From positions 6,433 to 70,432 of the forward strand of contig CAJARJ010000015.1 in NCBI GenBank assembly GCA_903944345.1: a DNA stretch of 64,000 nucleotides. The letters are read 5' to 3'. Made by a program: the position numbers and the translations under genes. Within the stretch, counting starts at the first letter, position 1; the number at the start of each line of letters is the position of its first letter. A model generated the notes under the pieces. It did not search any database, was not told the DNA's origin, and saw only the letters and a program-made list of their open reading frames with translations. The DNA is from Candidatus Omnitrophota bacterium (GTDB lineage: Bacteria > Omnitrophota > Gorgyraeia > Zapsychrales > Fredricksoniimonadaceae). Of the stretch, positions 30,276 to 40,068 are shown one piece after another.

Positions 30276-31719
30276 GCACTACTATTATAATGATAAAGCA
30301 CAAAATTGTAAAAACATCTCCATATTTTGTATAAAACGTCAGTTCATCTACGGCATTCACCCTGGCCGAAACAACCCCCTCGACCTGAAGTCCGCTCCCC
30401 TGCCGCCGGACACAGGAAGTGACTTCGCCCCGCGGACTGACAAAACAGCTGATTCCGGTATTGGCCGCACGCGCCAGAAACCGACGATTCTCAACGGCAC
30501 GAAATACCGCATTGTGCAAATGCATCAACGGCCCCGGAGAATTCTTAAACCAGGCATCATTGGTCATATTTACAATCAACTGCCCGCCGCCGGATACCCC
30601 TTCACGGGCCAACCAGGGCAAAGTATCTTCAAAACAGATCAGGGGGACAAAATTGATACCCCCTGGCAAACGGAAAAGAGCCGATCCTTCGCCAGGCGAA
30701 AAATCATCGATCGGAGCAAGCGCCGACAAAAACGGAAGCTGCTTGCGCCAGGGAATATATTCCCCGAAGACAACCAGATGCCGCTTGCTATACATATCCT
30801 TGATCCCCCCGTCCGCTCCCAGCAAAATACCGGAATTGAAATACTTTCCCTCAACCGAGGTCACCGCCCCGAGCAGCAACGACAAATGCTTCTCCCTTGC
30901 AAAAGTCTGAACCTGCCTGTAAAGCTTGTCTTCTTCCCATATGAACGGAGGAAAAGAATTCTCCGGCCACACCACCAGGTCCGGCGCAAAATCCGGCGTG
31001 CGGGAACTTAACGCCAGATACTTATCCACAATTTCCTGTTTGGAAATCCCCCCCCACGCTTCCGGCAGGGAAATATTGCCCTGCACAAGGGAAATAGCCG
31101 CCTCTGGCCCGGTGAAAGACCTGCGCAAGGCCCAGTGACCGTAAAAAAGAACCATCGTCAACAGCAGCCCAAAAATCACAACAGCCTGTAACCGCCGCTT
31201 CCCGGCAGAAGAAAGCTCGCACCATAAAACATTAGCCATCACCAGCAAGAAAGAAACACCCGCCGTTCCCGTCAAATCCACAATCTGGATCAGCCCCAGC
31301 GACCCCGACTGTGTATGCGCCAGCGAAGCCCAGCCAAATCCGGTCAAAGCCCGCTCGCGAACAAATTCCAGCGTCACATAAACCGCCGGTACAAAGAAAA
31401 TGCGTGCAAGGGAAGTATGTAAAGAACTGTAACGGTAGGCAGAAGCAAACACACCCCAGAAGACAGCCAGATAAGCCGACAGAAAGAGCATGCCCGTAAC
31501 GGTAACATACCCGATCCACCACAACGTACTGACAAAATAACCCAGACCAAAAAGGTATCCGAAGAAAAAAGCCTTCCGGAACGAAACCTCCCTTAGAACA
31601 CACAACAAGGGAACCAGACCGAACCAGGCGCAGGCCGAACGCTCCAAAGGAGGAAATGCTGCCCATAACAACGTAACGGAAAGCACAATCCCGAAGAAAG
31701 GGGGCATCTTTTTTAACAT
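30217..31719 (-). CDS. lnt: Apolipoprotein N-acyltransferase
   Basis: N-terminal polytopic membrane domain plus C-terminal CN-hydrolase domain ('VVWPENSFP', '...GKYFNSGILL', 'ICFEDTLP'). Confidence 0.85.
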   Translation of the reverse strand: MLKKMPPFFGIVLSVTLLWAAFPPLERSACAWFGLVPLLCVLREVSFRKAFFFGYLFGLGYFVSTLWWIGYVTVTGMLFLSAYLAVFWGVFASAYRYSSLHTSLARIFFVPAVYVTLEFVRERALTGFGWASLAHTQSGSLGLIQIVDLTGTAGVSFLLVMANVLWCELSSAGKRRLQAVVIFGLLLTMVLFYGHWALRRSFTGPEAAISLVQGNISLPEAWGGISKQEIVDKYLALSSRTPDFAPDLVVWPENSFPPFIWEEDKLYRQVQTFAREKHLSLLLGAVTSVEGKYFNSGILLGADGGIKDMYSKRHLVVFGEYIPWRKQLPFLSALAPIDDFSPGEGSALFRLPGGINFVPLICFEDTLPWLAREGVSGGGQLIVNMTNDAWFKNSPGPLMHLHNAVFRAVENRRFLARAANTGISCFVSPRGEVTSCVRRQGSGLQVEGVVSARVNAVDELTFYTKYGDVFTILCFIIIIVVLVWATLRRSDGYKGGGHVR

Positions 31720-31752
31720 AAGGAAAGGATCATAACAAAGACGTGTGATCTG

Positions 31753-32010
31753 TCAACCGTCCTTTGGCGGACGGGAGAAAGAGCGAAGGAGTGACACAAA
31801 AGCAATAGTCCCCCAAACGACTTCGAGGGCAAAAGCCGGCCAGGCCTGCTTGAAAAACACACTGCTTCCCACCGCCAGCGCCCCGCCCAGATTGATGATA
31901 TGATACAAAGGACGATCCGCCTGCAGACGTCCGCAGGAAACCAAGTAATACGCCAGGACAAAAGCAAGCGCCCCCGCCCAGCCCAGAAGTTCCAGCACAA
32001 AAGACACCAT
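31753..32010 (-). CDS. Small membrane protein (two TM helices)
   Basis: 'LLGWAGALAFVLAYYLVS' and 'GGALAVGSSVFF' hydrophobic helices. Confidence 0.45.
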   Translation of the reverse strand: MVSFVLELLGWAGALAFVLAYYLVSCGRLQADRPLYHIINLGGALAVGSSVFFKQAWPAFALEVVWGTIAFVSLLRSFSRPPKDG

Positions 32011-32042
32011 CTTTTCCCTTTCGAAACAGACCGTAAAAGCGG

Positions 32043-33197
32043 TCAGACAAATTCTACTGTCACCAGCTTCCCCATCCGTTCCAGCTTCTCGGCCAACAAA
32101 GGAACAATCCGGTCGCGGGCCAAAATGCCCTGCTTGCGGTACACCACATCCGCATTAGCCGGATTCCGCGCAAGACCGACGGTGAAACGAATGAAGTCCG
32201 CATTACGAAGCATTGAGGCCAGATCTCCCGCAGGAGAACGGTCAAGTTCTATTACACTTTCTCCCTCATCCGCCAACAGATTATACGCCTGTGTCAAGGT
32301 GACCGCTCCTTCCGTCACGATATCAATACCGGAAAGAAAATATCGCGGAGGGGAAGAATACGATACCGGCCGCTGCTCGACCTCGACTGTCAGACTGTTG
32401 TGACGGGCAAAAATATCTGCCGTTGTCGCACCGCAAATGACCTTGAGTCCTTCGGCCTCATCAAAAGCTTCGGCCACCTCACGGTCACGCCCCCTGTCCG
32501 CAGGAGGGCCGGTCAGAATATTAACCACAATCCCCGCCCGGCTATGCGCCAATAGAACCGTCTTGTCATCTCCGCTGTTGGCTCCGTCGTTATAGCGAGC
32601 CATTCCAAGAACATCTGCGGCGATCCGGGAAAAATCCAGATCTCTGCCCGTCCGGGCTGACAAAAAACTCTCAACCCCGTCAACTCCCCATTCGGGCAGC
32701 GAACTGCGCCCAAGCCCGGACTGGATAATCCCGTCACTTAAAAGCAGAATCCCTTCATCTTTCTCCAGGGAGAAATGCGCCTCGCTCGCAAGTCCCGCCG
32801 GAACAACCAGCGGCTGACCGGCAATGATACTGACCTCCCGGCGACTGATAAGAAAACCCGGCGGCATTTCATAAGACAAAACCGTCGCAGTCCCGTCATT
32901 AAGAACCCTCATGACCAGAAACGCGGAAAAAGGCAGCGAATGATCCCTCCAGCGACTCATGGTTCCGGCTACTCCGAAAAAAGCGTCGCGCAAACTCATC
33001 TGTCCGTCAAGCAAAGCCTCAAGCCTGGCGGAGTTCATCCGGGAAGCGATGTGGGCCTTGACCCCCGAACCGATACCATCCGCCAGAATAATCGTGGTGT
33101 GATAGACACTTCGCCGGACAAGAAACGTATCCCCGCACGGAGACCCTGTACGCTTGGAAACCTGGTGAGATTCAATATCAATATGAAAATATGACAT
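32043..33197 (-). CDS. PP2C-type (SpoIIE/RsbU-like) serine phosphatase with a ~150-aa C-terminal domain. Partner of the sensory hydrogenase.
   Basis: 'GDTFLV...ILADGIGSGVKAHIAS' matches the PP2C metal-binding motifs (GD...DGMGHG). Confidence 0.65.
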   Translation of the reverse strand: MSYFHIDIESHQVSKRTGSPCGDTFLVRRSVYHTTIILADGIGSGVKAHIASRMNSARLEALLDGQMSLRDAFFGVAGTMSRWRDHSLPFSAFLVMRVLNDGTATVLSYEMPPGFLISRREVSIIAGQPLVVPAGLASEAHFSLEKDEGILLLSDGIIQSGLGRSSLPEWGVDGVESFLSARTGRDLDFSRIAADVLGMARYNDGANSGDDKTVLLAHSRAGIVVNILTGPPADRGRDREVAEAFDEAEGLKVICGATTADIFARHNSLTVEVEQRPVSYSSPPRYFLSGIDIVTEGAVTLTQAYNLLADEGESVIELDRSPAGDLASMLRNADFIRFTVGLARNPANADVVYRKQGILARDRIVPLLAEKLERMGKLVTVEFV

Positions 33198-33229
33198 CCG
33201 CGTCGACCCGATGAAATGATTCTGACAAA

Positions 33230-34963
33230 TCAGGGGGACTTTTTGTCCCGATCCTTGTCCGCGTCCTGAACCGCTTCCAGAAGCTTGTTGACCAGAAGTT
33301 CCCCTTTGGCAGTATACTCACCCAGAAAATTGGCAAAATTCTTGGCCATCTCAATCTGGTGAGCGTAAAGTTCCTGGGCCTGCTGCACGGTCTCATTCTT
33401 GACCTTTTTCAGACGCTCGGCATTCTCTTCGCCGGGGCTCATATTGATGAACATTCCGACATACTGATGGTCATCCCTCAAGGCGTAAACAATCGCCCGG
33501 ACCACCAGACCGTACTGCGGATATTCCCGCAGGCTGTCGGTCATTTCGCTCTGGCCGGAAACAACCCGCTCGAAAGGATCGGGATCGGTAATGCGCGAAA
33601 CATGCTGCCCCAGCAAAGACGGGCTGGCCTTGAACATGACTTCAAACGCATGATTGAAATTAACAATTCTCAAATGCTGGTCCAGCACCACGATGCCATT
33701 GGGGCTTGTTTCCATGATCCGGTCCGAGCGCTGTTCAGCCAATCGACGCATATAGGGAATGCACATCTCGATTCCGGCCATCTTGCGCACCACAGCGGAC
33801 GCCTGGTCCAGACAGGTTGAATACCCGCAGGCTCCGCAATTGAGCTGCTGCTCAAGGCGATCTTTTCCTGTCTTTTCCAGAACTGCACGGATCTGCTCCT
33901 GGGAAACGCTGTCGTCCACAGCCACATTGCGAGGCTGAAATGAGGCAGACAAATCCAGCGCCGGCGGCTCGGGCTGCTGCACGGGCTTGCGGCTGCGTGC
34001 ATATCGAATAACCTTCCGGCGGCGCTCAAACGGGTTGCCTTCACGCCTGATGCCCGGGCCATTAACGCAGCCATGCGGGCACAACAGCGGCTCGATAACC
34101 GTCTGGCCCTCACGGCTATCGGAGGCTCTCAAAGACTCCTGGAATTCGGCAAACCCGCTGACAAACAAAAGCCGCTCATCGAGCACATCCGTTTCCAGGC
34201 TTGAAGTCGCGGCCGCACCGCCCTCGACAGGAAACAGACGAGCCCTTCCGAAAGGTTCCTCGTCAAACGCACTTTCCTCACAGGTCTGCAAATCGATCTT
34301 GTGTTCCTCAAGAAGCTGATCCAGCTCTTCAAAAGTCAGAACGCAGTCAACCAGCCCCTGCAACCCCGGACGGGCCAACTCGGTCTTTTTGGCCGCACAA
34401 GGACCAATAAAGATGACTTTGATATCATTCCCAAGCCGGGCGCGAATATGCCTGGCGTGCGCCATCATCGGCGAAACAACCGGAACAAGCCGCTCGATCT
34501 TGTCTTTCTCGTATTTTTCAACGTAATTGACCACAGCCGGACAGGCTGTGCAGATATGACAGTGTTCACCCTGTTTGAGAAGTGCGGCCGTTTCACGGGC
34601 CACCAGATACGCGCCGATAGCTGTTTCGGCGACATAGCGGAATCCCAGCCGCCGCAAAGCCGCCGGGAGCCGCTGATATTCCCATTCTTCAAATACACCG
34701 GCGAACGCCGGAGCAATACTGGCCGCAACCAGCACTCCGCCAGCAAGAATCTCATTGGCCAACGCAATGTCCTTGCGATAGGTCTTGGCTCCCTGAGGAC
34801 ACTCCCGCACACACGTGCCACAGGCAATACAACGCTGATCGTCAACCCTGGCCTGATTATCCTCAACCCGGATCGCCTTGACCGGACACACCCGGACACA
34901 GCGATAGCAGTCGCGGCAACGGGCTTCGTTGGTATAAATAACCTGCCGGGGATCCTGTTCCAC
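33230..34963 (-). CDS. HydS-like putative sensory [FeFe]-hydrogenase: 2x[4Fe-4S] ferredoxin, H-cluster domain with non-canonical motifs, an extra 4-Cys motif, and a C-terminal PAS domain
   Basis: N-terminal 'CRDCYRCVRVCP' and 'CIACGTCVRECP'. H-cluster L1-like 'CTACPAV' (TSCCP with Cys replaced by Ala), L2 'IGPCAAKKTE', L3 'EPLLCPHGCVNGPG'. 'CGACGYSTC'. A PAS-like region follows. Confidence 0.7.
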   Translation of the reverse strand: MEQDPRQVIYTNEARCRDCYRCVRVCPVKAIRVEDNQARVDDQRCIACGTCVRECPQGAKTYRKDIALANEILAGGVLVAASIAPAFAGVFEEWEYQRLPAALRRLGFRYVAETAIGAYLVARETAALLKQGEHCHICTACPAVVNYVEKYEKDKIERLVPVVSPMMAHARHIRARLGNDIKVIFIGPCAAKKTELARPGLQGLVDCVLTFEELDQLLEEHKIDLQTCEESAFDEEPFGRARLFPVEGGAAATSSLETDVLDERLLFVSGFAEFQESLRASDSREGQTVIEPLLCPHGCVNGPGIRREGNPFERRRKVIRYARSRKPVQQPEPPALDLSASFQPRNVAVDDSVSQEQIRAVLEKTGKDRLEQQLNCGACGYSTCLDQASAVVRKMAGIEMCIPYMRRLAEQRSDRIMETSPNGIVVLDQHLRIVNFNHAFEVMFKASPSLLGQHVSRITDPDPFERVVSGQSEMTDSLREYPQYGLVVRAIVYALRDDHQYVGMFINMSPGEENAERLKKVKNETVQQAQELYAHQIEMAKNFANFLGEYTAKGELLVNKLLEAVQDADKDRDKKSP

Positions 34964-34995
34964 GCCGCACCTCCCGAAAGACGCCGCTATAAACG

Positions 34996-37008
34996 CTAGA
35001 CTTTTTTCAGGTCTTCCACAGCCTTGTCAACGGCTGCAGTGGCCTTGGCCACATCGCAATGAGTAATGGTCTTGCCACCCACCTTGATCGTCGGCCCCTT
35101 GTCGCATTTCTCAAAACAGAACGTCGCCTTAACCTGAACCTGGTCCTGCAACCCCTGGGCAGCTACATGCCTGGCCAGATGATGCAAAAGATCCTGGCTG
35201 CCTTTAAGATAACAGCTGGTTCCCACACAAACACGGATCTCCAGCTTGTCGGTCTGCTGACCATCAAGTATAACCATGGACTTGCCCTTCATGCGGCGAC
35301 GGGCATTATAATGGGTATGCAAAAGATGATGGGCTTTTTCTCCACCGACTTCCCCGAGCTTGGTCGCATAGAGTTCCTTCAGATAAGGATTGTCCTGCGA
35401 CTTGTGCAGCTGCAGCATCTTGTCGGCTTCGTACAGGCCCTTGGTGCGGTTTTTGCGATACGAAGGGTCAAAATTGACCGGCTGTCCGGCGCCATTGATA
35501 CAACCCGCCGGGCAGGACATAAACTCGATAAAATGATATTTCTTCTCACCACTCTTGATCTTGCGGATAATTTCTTTGGCATTCGCCAGCGAGTGGATAA
35601 CCGCAAGGGTATACGTCTTTCCCGCCAGCTTGACTTCGCATTCACGAATACCCGCTTCGCCCCGTACTTCATGGAAATCCGGGTTCTCCAGCGTCTTGCC
35701 TTCCACTTTCTCGTAAACATAACGCAACGCCGCTTCCATAACGCCACCGGTATTGCCGAAAATAACGCCGGCACCGGTCTTGAAACCCATGGGCATGTCC
35801 AGGGATTCGGGCTTCAGATTGCGGAACTGAATACCGAATTCATTGATCATCTGCGCCAGTTCCTGGGTTGTGATCACATGATCAACATCCGCAATCCCGT
35901 CGGTAAAGAATTCGGGACGCTTGGCCTCGAATTTCTTGGCGGTGCAGGGCATGATGGAAACAACGATCATGTCTTCCTTCTTGAGCCCCATTTCCGCGGC
36001 AAAAACTCCTTTGGCAACGGAACCGAACATCTGCTGGGGAGAGCGGCAAGTGGAAAGATTCGGGATCATCTCCGGATAATGCTGCTCCACATACTTGACC
36101 CAGGCCGGGCAGCAGGAAGTGAACATCGGCAGCGGAAGCCCCTCGGTCAAACGATGGATAAACTCGTTGCCTTCCTCAAGAATGGTAAGATCCGCCGAGA
36201 AACAGGTATCAAAAACCTTGCGGAAGCCCATCATCTTGAGCGCGGCGACAATCTGACCCGTGGTCAATTCGCCGGCCTGGTAGCCAAAAGCCTCTCCGAG
36301 CGCAACGCGTACAGCCGGAGCAATCTGAACCACCACCGTCTTGCCGGCTGTCTGCAAGGACTTCCACACATCGTTGATCTCGGACTTCGGAGTCAGCGCT
36401 CCTGTTGGACAAACGCGGGTGCACTGGCCGCAATAAACACACTGCACATGATCCAGACCCTTGCCAAAAGCCGGCTGAACCATGGTGTCATGTCCGCGAT
36501 AGGCAAAATCAATAGCCCCAATCCCCTGGACTTCCTCGCACATACGCACGCAATCGCCGCAAAGGATACATTTGTTGGGATTACGGACGATTGATGGATT
36601 ATCATCGTCAACGGACATCGGCTTCTTGATAGAGCGAAAACGGATCTTGTCGACCCCCATCTTGCGCGAAAGATCCTGCAGTTTGCAGCTGGTGCTCTTT
36701 CCACACGTGGTGCATTCCCGCTCATGATTGGCCAGGATAAGTTCAAGCGCCACCCGGCGAATCTGACGAACCGCGTCGGTATTGGTCTTGACTTTCAGCC
36801 CCGGCTCAGGAGGAGTCGAGCAGGAAGTCTGCAACCCGCGCCCCTCGATCTCGACGGTACACATACGGCAGGCGCCGTAAACGCTTAATTCCGAAACATA
36901 ACAGAATGTCGGAATATCAATCCCGGCCTTGCGGATTACCTCAAGAAGGTTCTTTTCGCCCTCAATGGGGATGTCCCGGCCGTCAATAGTAACAAACTTC
37001 TGCTCCAT
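34996..37008 (-). CDS. hydA: [FeFe]-hydrogenase catalytic subunit (HydA/HndD-type, with N-terminal 2Fe-2S and 4Fe-4S domains and a C-terminal thioredoxin-like 2Fe-2S domain)
   Basis: Canonical H-cluster motifs 'FTSCCPAW', 'MPCTAKKFE' and 'EFMSCPAGCINGAGQP'. N-terminal 'CYVSELSVYGACRMC'. C-terminal 'CVGTSCYLKG...CFEKCDKGP'. Confidence 0.9.
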   Translation of the reverse strand: MEQKFVTIDGRDIPIEGEKNLLEVIRKAGIDIPTFCYVSELSVYGACRMCTVEIEGRGLQTSCSTPPEPGLKVKTNTDAVRQIRRVALELILANHERECTTCGKSTSCKLQDLSRKMGVDKIRFRSIKKPMSVDDDNPSIVRNPNKCILCGDCVRMCEEVQGIGAIDFAYRGHDTMVQPAFGKGLDHVQCVYCGQCTRVCPTGALTPKSEINDVWKSLQTAGKTVVVQIAPAVRVALGEAFGYQAGELTTGQIVAALKMMGFRKVFDTCFSADLTILEEGNEFIHRLTEGLPLPMFTSCCPAWVKYVEQHYPEMIPNLSTCRSPQQMFGSVAKGVFAAEMGLKKEDMIVVSIMPCTAKKFEAKRPEFFTDGIADVDHVITTQELAQMINEFGIQFRNLKPESLDMPMGFKTGAGVIFGNTGGVMEAALRYVYEKVEGKTLENPDFHEVRGEAGIRECEVKLAGKTYTLAVIHSLANAKEIIRKIKSGEKKYHFIEFMSCPAGCINGAGQPVNFDPSYRKNRTKGLYEADKMLQLHKSQDNPYLKELYATKLGEVGGEKAHHLLHTHYNARRRMKGKSMVILDGQQTDKLEIRVCVGTSCYLKGSQDLLHHLARHVAAQGLQDQVQVKATFCFEKCDKGPTIKVGGKTITHCDVAKATAAVDKAVEDLKKV

Positions 37009-37023
37009 ATCGAACTCCTGTTG

Positions 37024-38949
37024 TTATACGCCGACAACGGCATCGAATTTACACGCCTGCGCGCAAGCCCCGCACTTGATACACAATTTCTCGTCTATAA
37101 CATGCGTCTTTTTCACTTCTCCGCTGATGGCATGCACCGGACACTTTTTGGCACACAGCGTACAGCCCTTGCACTTGTCCGCGAGAATCTCCGGCTTGGC
37201 CAGTTTCTTGCATTCACCGGTCGGACAACGCTTGTCGACCACATGGGCCAGATATTCATCCTTGAAATACTTGAGAGTGGAAAGCACCGGATTGGGCGCG
37301 GTCTTGCCAAGTCCGCACAAAGAGCCCTTTTGCACAACAACAGCCAACTCTTCCAGAAGGGCCAGAGTCTCCATCGTCGCACGACCCTCGACAATATCAT
37401 CCAGCAGATAAAGCATCTGCCGGGTCCCCTCGCGGCAAAGCACGCACTTGCCGCACGATTCTTTCTGGGTAAACTGCATGAAGTACCTGGCCACCGCAAC
37501 CATACAGGTGGTCTTGTTCATGCACACCAGTCCACCGGAACCCACCATAGCTCCGATTGAACGCAGTGAATCAAAATCCATCTTGAGATCCAGATGCTCG
37601 CGGGTGAGACAGCCGCCGGAAGGCCCCCCGATCTGAACCGCCTTGAAACCTTCGGGATCAATCCGTCCCTTCTTGTCTGTGATGCCCCCGCCGATCTCCA
37701 TGACGATCTCGCGCAGTGTTGCGCCAAAAGGTACCTCGATAAGCCCGGTATTGGCTACATGCCCGGTTAAAGCAAAGGTCTTGGTTCCAGGAGAAGTGCT
37801 GGTTCCCAATTCCCGGAATTTAGCCGGCCCCATGGCCATGATCAGCGGCACAGTCGCCAGTGTTTCAACATTATTGATAACTGTGGGCTTCCCCCATAAT
37901 CCGGCCTGTGCCGGAAAGGGCGGCTTCGGCTTTGGCATGCCGCGATTCCCTTCGATAGAAGCCATCAGCGCAGTTTCCTCGCCACAAACAAACGCGCCGG
38001 CACCTTCCATCACATGGATGCGCATCTTTCTGCCCGTTCCAAAGACATTGTCCCCCAGAATCCCGGCCTGCAAGGCATCTTCACACGCCTTGCGGACTCG
38101 TTTAACCGCAAGCGGATATTCCGCACGAACGTAAACGTAGCCCTCATCCGCTCCGATCGCAGCGGCCGCGATCATCATCCCCTCGATCACTGAGTGCGGA
38201 TTGCCTTCCATCACCGAACGATCCATAAAAGCTCCGGGATCGCCTTCATCTCCGTTGCAAATGATATATTTTTTCTCGTTCTTCTGGACACGGCAGACAT
38301 CCCACTTTTTGCCGGTCGGAAAACCGCCGCCGCCACGCCCGCGCAAGCCTGAATCAATAATGTCTTTGCAAATCTGTTCCGGCGTTGCGGATTTGTAAGC
38401 CTTCTCGGCTGCTGTATAGCCGCCAATAGCCCGGTACTCCGCCAGATTCTCCGGATTCAGTTCGCCACACTGTTTAAGCACCATCCGGTGCTGACGTTTG
38501 TAAAAAGGAATATCTTTCTGGGAACGGCACACCTGACGGGTTGCCGGATCTTTATACAACAGCCCTTCGATGAGTTCGCCTCTCTTGAGGGTTTTCTCGA
38601 TTATATCCGGCACATCGGAAACTTTAACCTTGTTATATAGAACACCTTCCGGCTCAATGGAAAGCAGCGGCCCCATCTGACAAAACCCCTGGCATCCGCT
38701 CTTGGATAAATAGACCGAACGGGCAGCATCCCGGATGCCGTCGAGTGCTTCAAAATGATCAACCACATCCAGGCCCGCTGCCCGCATTTGGTCCATAAGC
38801 GCACTGTAAACATCCATCGCACCATTGGCGATACAACCTGTACCGGTGCAGATCACAATCTTGCGCAAACCATCACGGCCGGCAAAAGTGATTTCAGCCG
38901 TCGACTTAAGCTGACACATGCGTTCCATCCTCCTTTTTCCTGATCTCAT
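37024..38949 (-). CDS. hydB: NuoF-like NAD(P)H-binding subunit of a multimeric [FeFe]-hydrogenase (HydB/HndC-type: N-terminal 2Fe-2S, FMN/NADH site, 4Fe-4S, C-terminal 2x[4Fe-4S])
   Basis: 'GRGGGGFPTGKKW' is the FMN/NADH motif. 'ESCGKCVLCREG' is the N3 cluster. C-terminal 'CKGCTLCAKKCP' and 'CIKCGACAQAC'. Confidence 0.9.
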   Translation of the reverse strand: MRSGKRRMERMCQLKSTAEITFAGRDGLRKIVICTGTGCIANGAMDVYSALMDQMRAAGLDVVDHFEALDGIRDAARSVYLSKSGCQGFCQMGPLLSIEPEGVLYNKVKVSDVPDIIEKTLKRGELIEGLLYKDPATRQVCRSQKDIPFYKRQHRMVLKQCGELNPENLAEYRAIGGYTAAEKAYKSATPEQICKDIIDSGLRGRGGGGFPTGKKWDVCRVQKNEKKYIICNGDEGDPGAFMDRSVMEGNPHSVIEGMMIAAAAIGADEGYVYVRAEYPLAVKRVRKACEDALQAGILGDNVFGTGRKMRIHVMEGAGAFVCGEETALMASIEGNRGMPKPKPPFPAQAGLWGKPTVINNVETLATVPLIMAMGPAKFRELGTSTSPGTKTFALTGHVANTGLIEVPFGATLREIVMEIGGGITDKKGRIDPEGFKAVQIGGPSGGCLTREHLDLKMDFDSLRSIGAMVGSGGLVCMNKTTCMVAVARYFMQFTQKESCGKCVLCREGTRQMLYLLDDIVEGRATMETLALLEELAVVVQKGSLCGLGKTAPNPVLSTLKYFKDEYLAHVVDKRCPTGECKKLAKPEILADKCKGCTLCAKKCPVHAISGEVKKTHVIDEKLCIKCGACAQACKFDAVVGV

Positions 38950-39445
38950 CGAGCAAGGCTACCGCCTTCTCCGGCGTGATCTGCCCATAAACCGCTTCGT
39001 TGATAACCACAACCGGCGCCAATCCGCAAGCGCCCAGACAGGCCACCGTTTCAACTGTAAAAAGCATGTCGGGGGTCGTAACCGATTTTTCGTCGAGACC
39101 TAACTTCTTTCTCATGGCCTGCAACAGTCCATCCGACCCTTTGACGTGGCAAGCCGTTCCGTCACACAGGCGGACAACATACTTGCCTTTGGGTTCCAGC
39201 GCGAAATGCGCGTAGAACGAGGCAACCCCGAAAACCTTAGCCGGTGAAAGTCCCAGCGTCGTAGCCACAAAAGTCATGACCTCCTCGGGCAGATAACGGT
39301 ATTCATTCTGCACTTCCTGCAGAATCGGAATAAGCTTGGCGGGATCGTTGTCGTATTTCTCGACGATCGCGCAGACCTTCTCGAACTTGCGCAGCATTAC
39401 ATGGGGCATGGAACCGACTCCTTTGTTTCTTCCTCCAGAAGACAT
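38906..39445 (-). CDS. hydC: NuoE-like [2Fe-2S] thioredoxin-fold subunit of the hydrogenase (HydC/HndA-type; likely start at 'MPHVML', 39409)
   Basis: 'CDGTACHVKG...VACLGACGLAPVV' matches the NuoE 2Fe-2S motif. Confidence 0.85.
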   Translation of the reverse strand: MSSGGRNKGVGSMPHVMLRKFEKVCAIVEKYDNDPAKLIPILQEVQNEYRYLPEEVMTFVATTLGLSPAKVFGVASFYAHFALEPKGKYVVRLCDGTACHVKGSDGLLQAMRKKLGLDEKSVTTPDMLFTVETVACLGACGLAPVVVINEAVYGQITPEKAVALLDEIRKKEDGTHVSA

Positions 39446-40068
39446 TTAAGTTTGTTTGACAAGACCGCCAGACTCTGCGTCAGGCGGGCATTTTCCAGAA
39501 TAATTCCTTGCGGGATTTCCAGCGGAGCGGGCGCAAAATTCCAGACCGCCCTGATTCCCGAGGCCACCATAACATTAACCACTTCCTGGGCCGCGATAGC
39601 CGATACGGCCACAATACCGATATTGACGTGCATCCGCGCGGCCAGGCCGGGCATTTTCTCGACAGGCATGACCTCTTTATCAAAAATTCTTGTCCCGATT
39701 TTTGCCGGATCCTTGTCAAATACAGCGACAATGTTTAATCCATACAAATCAAAATCCCGGTACCCCAAAAGAGCCTTGCCTAAATTCCCGGCACCAACAA
39801 GAAAGGCGTCCTGAACATTATGCCAACCCAGAAAAGTTTTGATGTTACGAATCAGGTCTGAAATCCTGAAACCGATCTTGGCAGTTCCTTCTGCACCGGT
39901 GACTTCCAGATCCTTGCGCACCTGTATCGATCCAAAATCAAATTTCAAGGCCAAAGCCGTACACGAAATATATTCCTGTTTCTGACGATGCAAGTCTTCC
40001 AGAACATGCAAATAAAGAGGAAGCCTTTTCAAGGTCGAACGAGAAACTTCTATAACTGTGTGGGGCAT
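39397..40068 (-). CDS. rex: Redox-sensing transcriptional repressor Rex
   Basis: N-terminal wHTH 'LKRLPLYLHVLEDL'. Rossmann NADH-binding 'AFLVGAGNLGKALLGY'. Start at ATG 40068 (GGAAAC Shine-Dalgarno). The ORF-track ATG at 40170 was rejected. Confidence 0.85.
   Translation of the reverse strand: MPHTVIEVSRSTLKRLPLYLHVLEDLHRQKQEYISCTALALKFDFGSIQVRKDLEVTGAEGTAKIGFRISDLIRNIKTFLGWHNVQDAFLVGAGNLGKALLGYRDFDLYGLNIVAVFDKDPAKIGTRIFDKEVMPVEKMPGLAARMHVNIGIVAVSAIAAQEVVNVMVASGIRAVWNFAPAPLEIPQGIILENARLTQSLAVLSNKLKCLLEEETKESVPCPM

Noticed and set aside
35059-36594. 511-aa plus-strand ORF antisense to hydA
   Set aside because: It lies opposite a gene with canonical H-cluster motifs. Its low-complexity R/G/L-rich translation has no start context.
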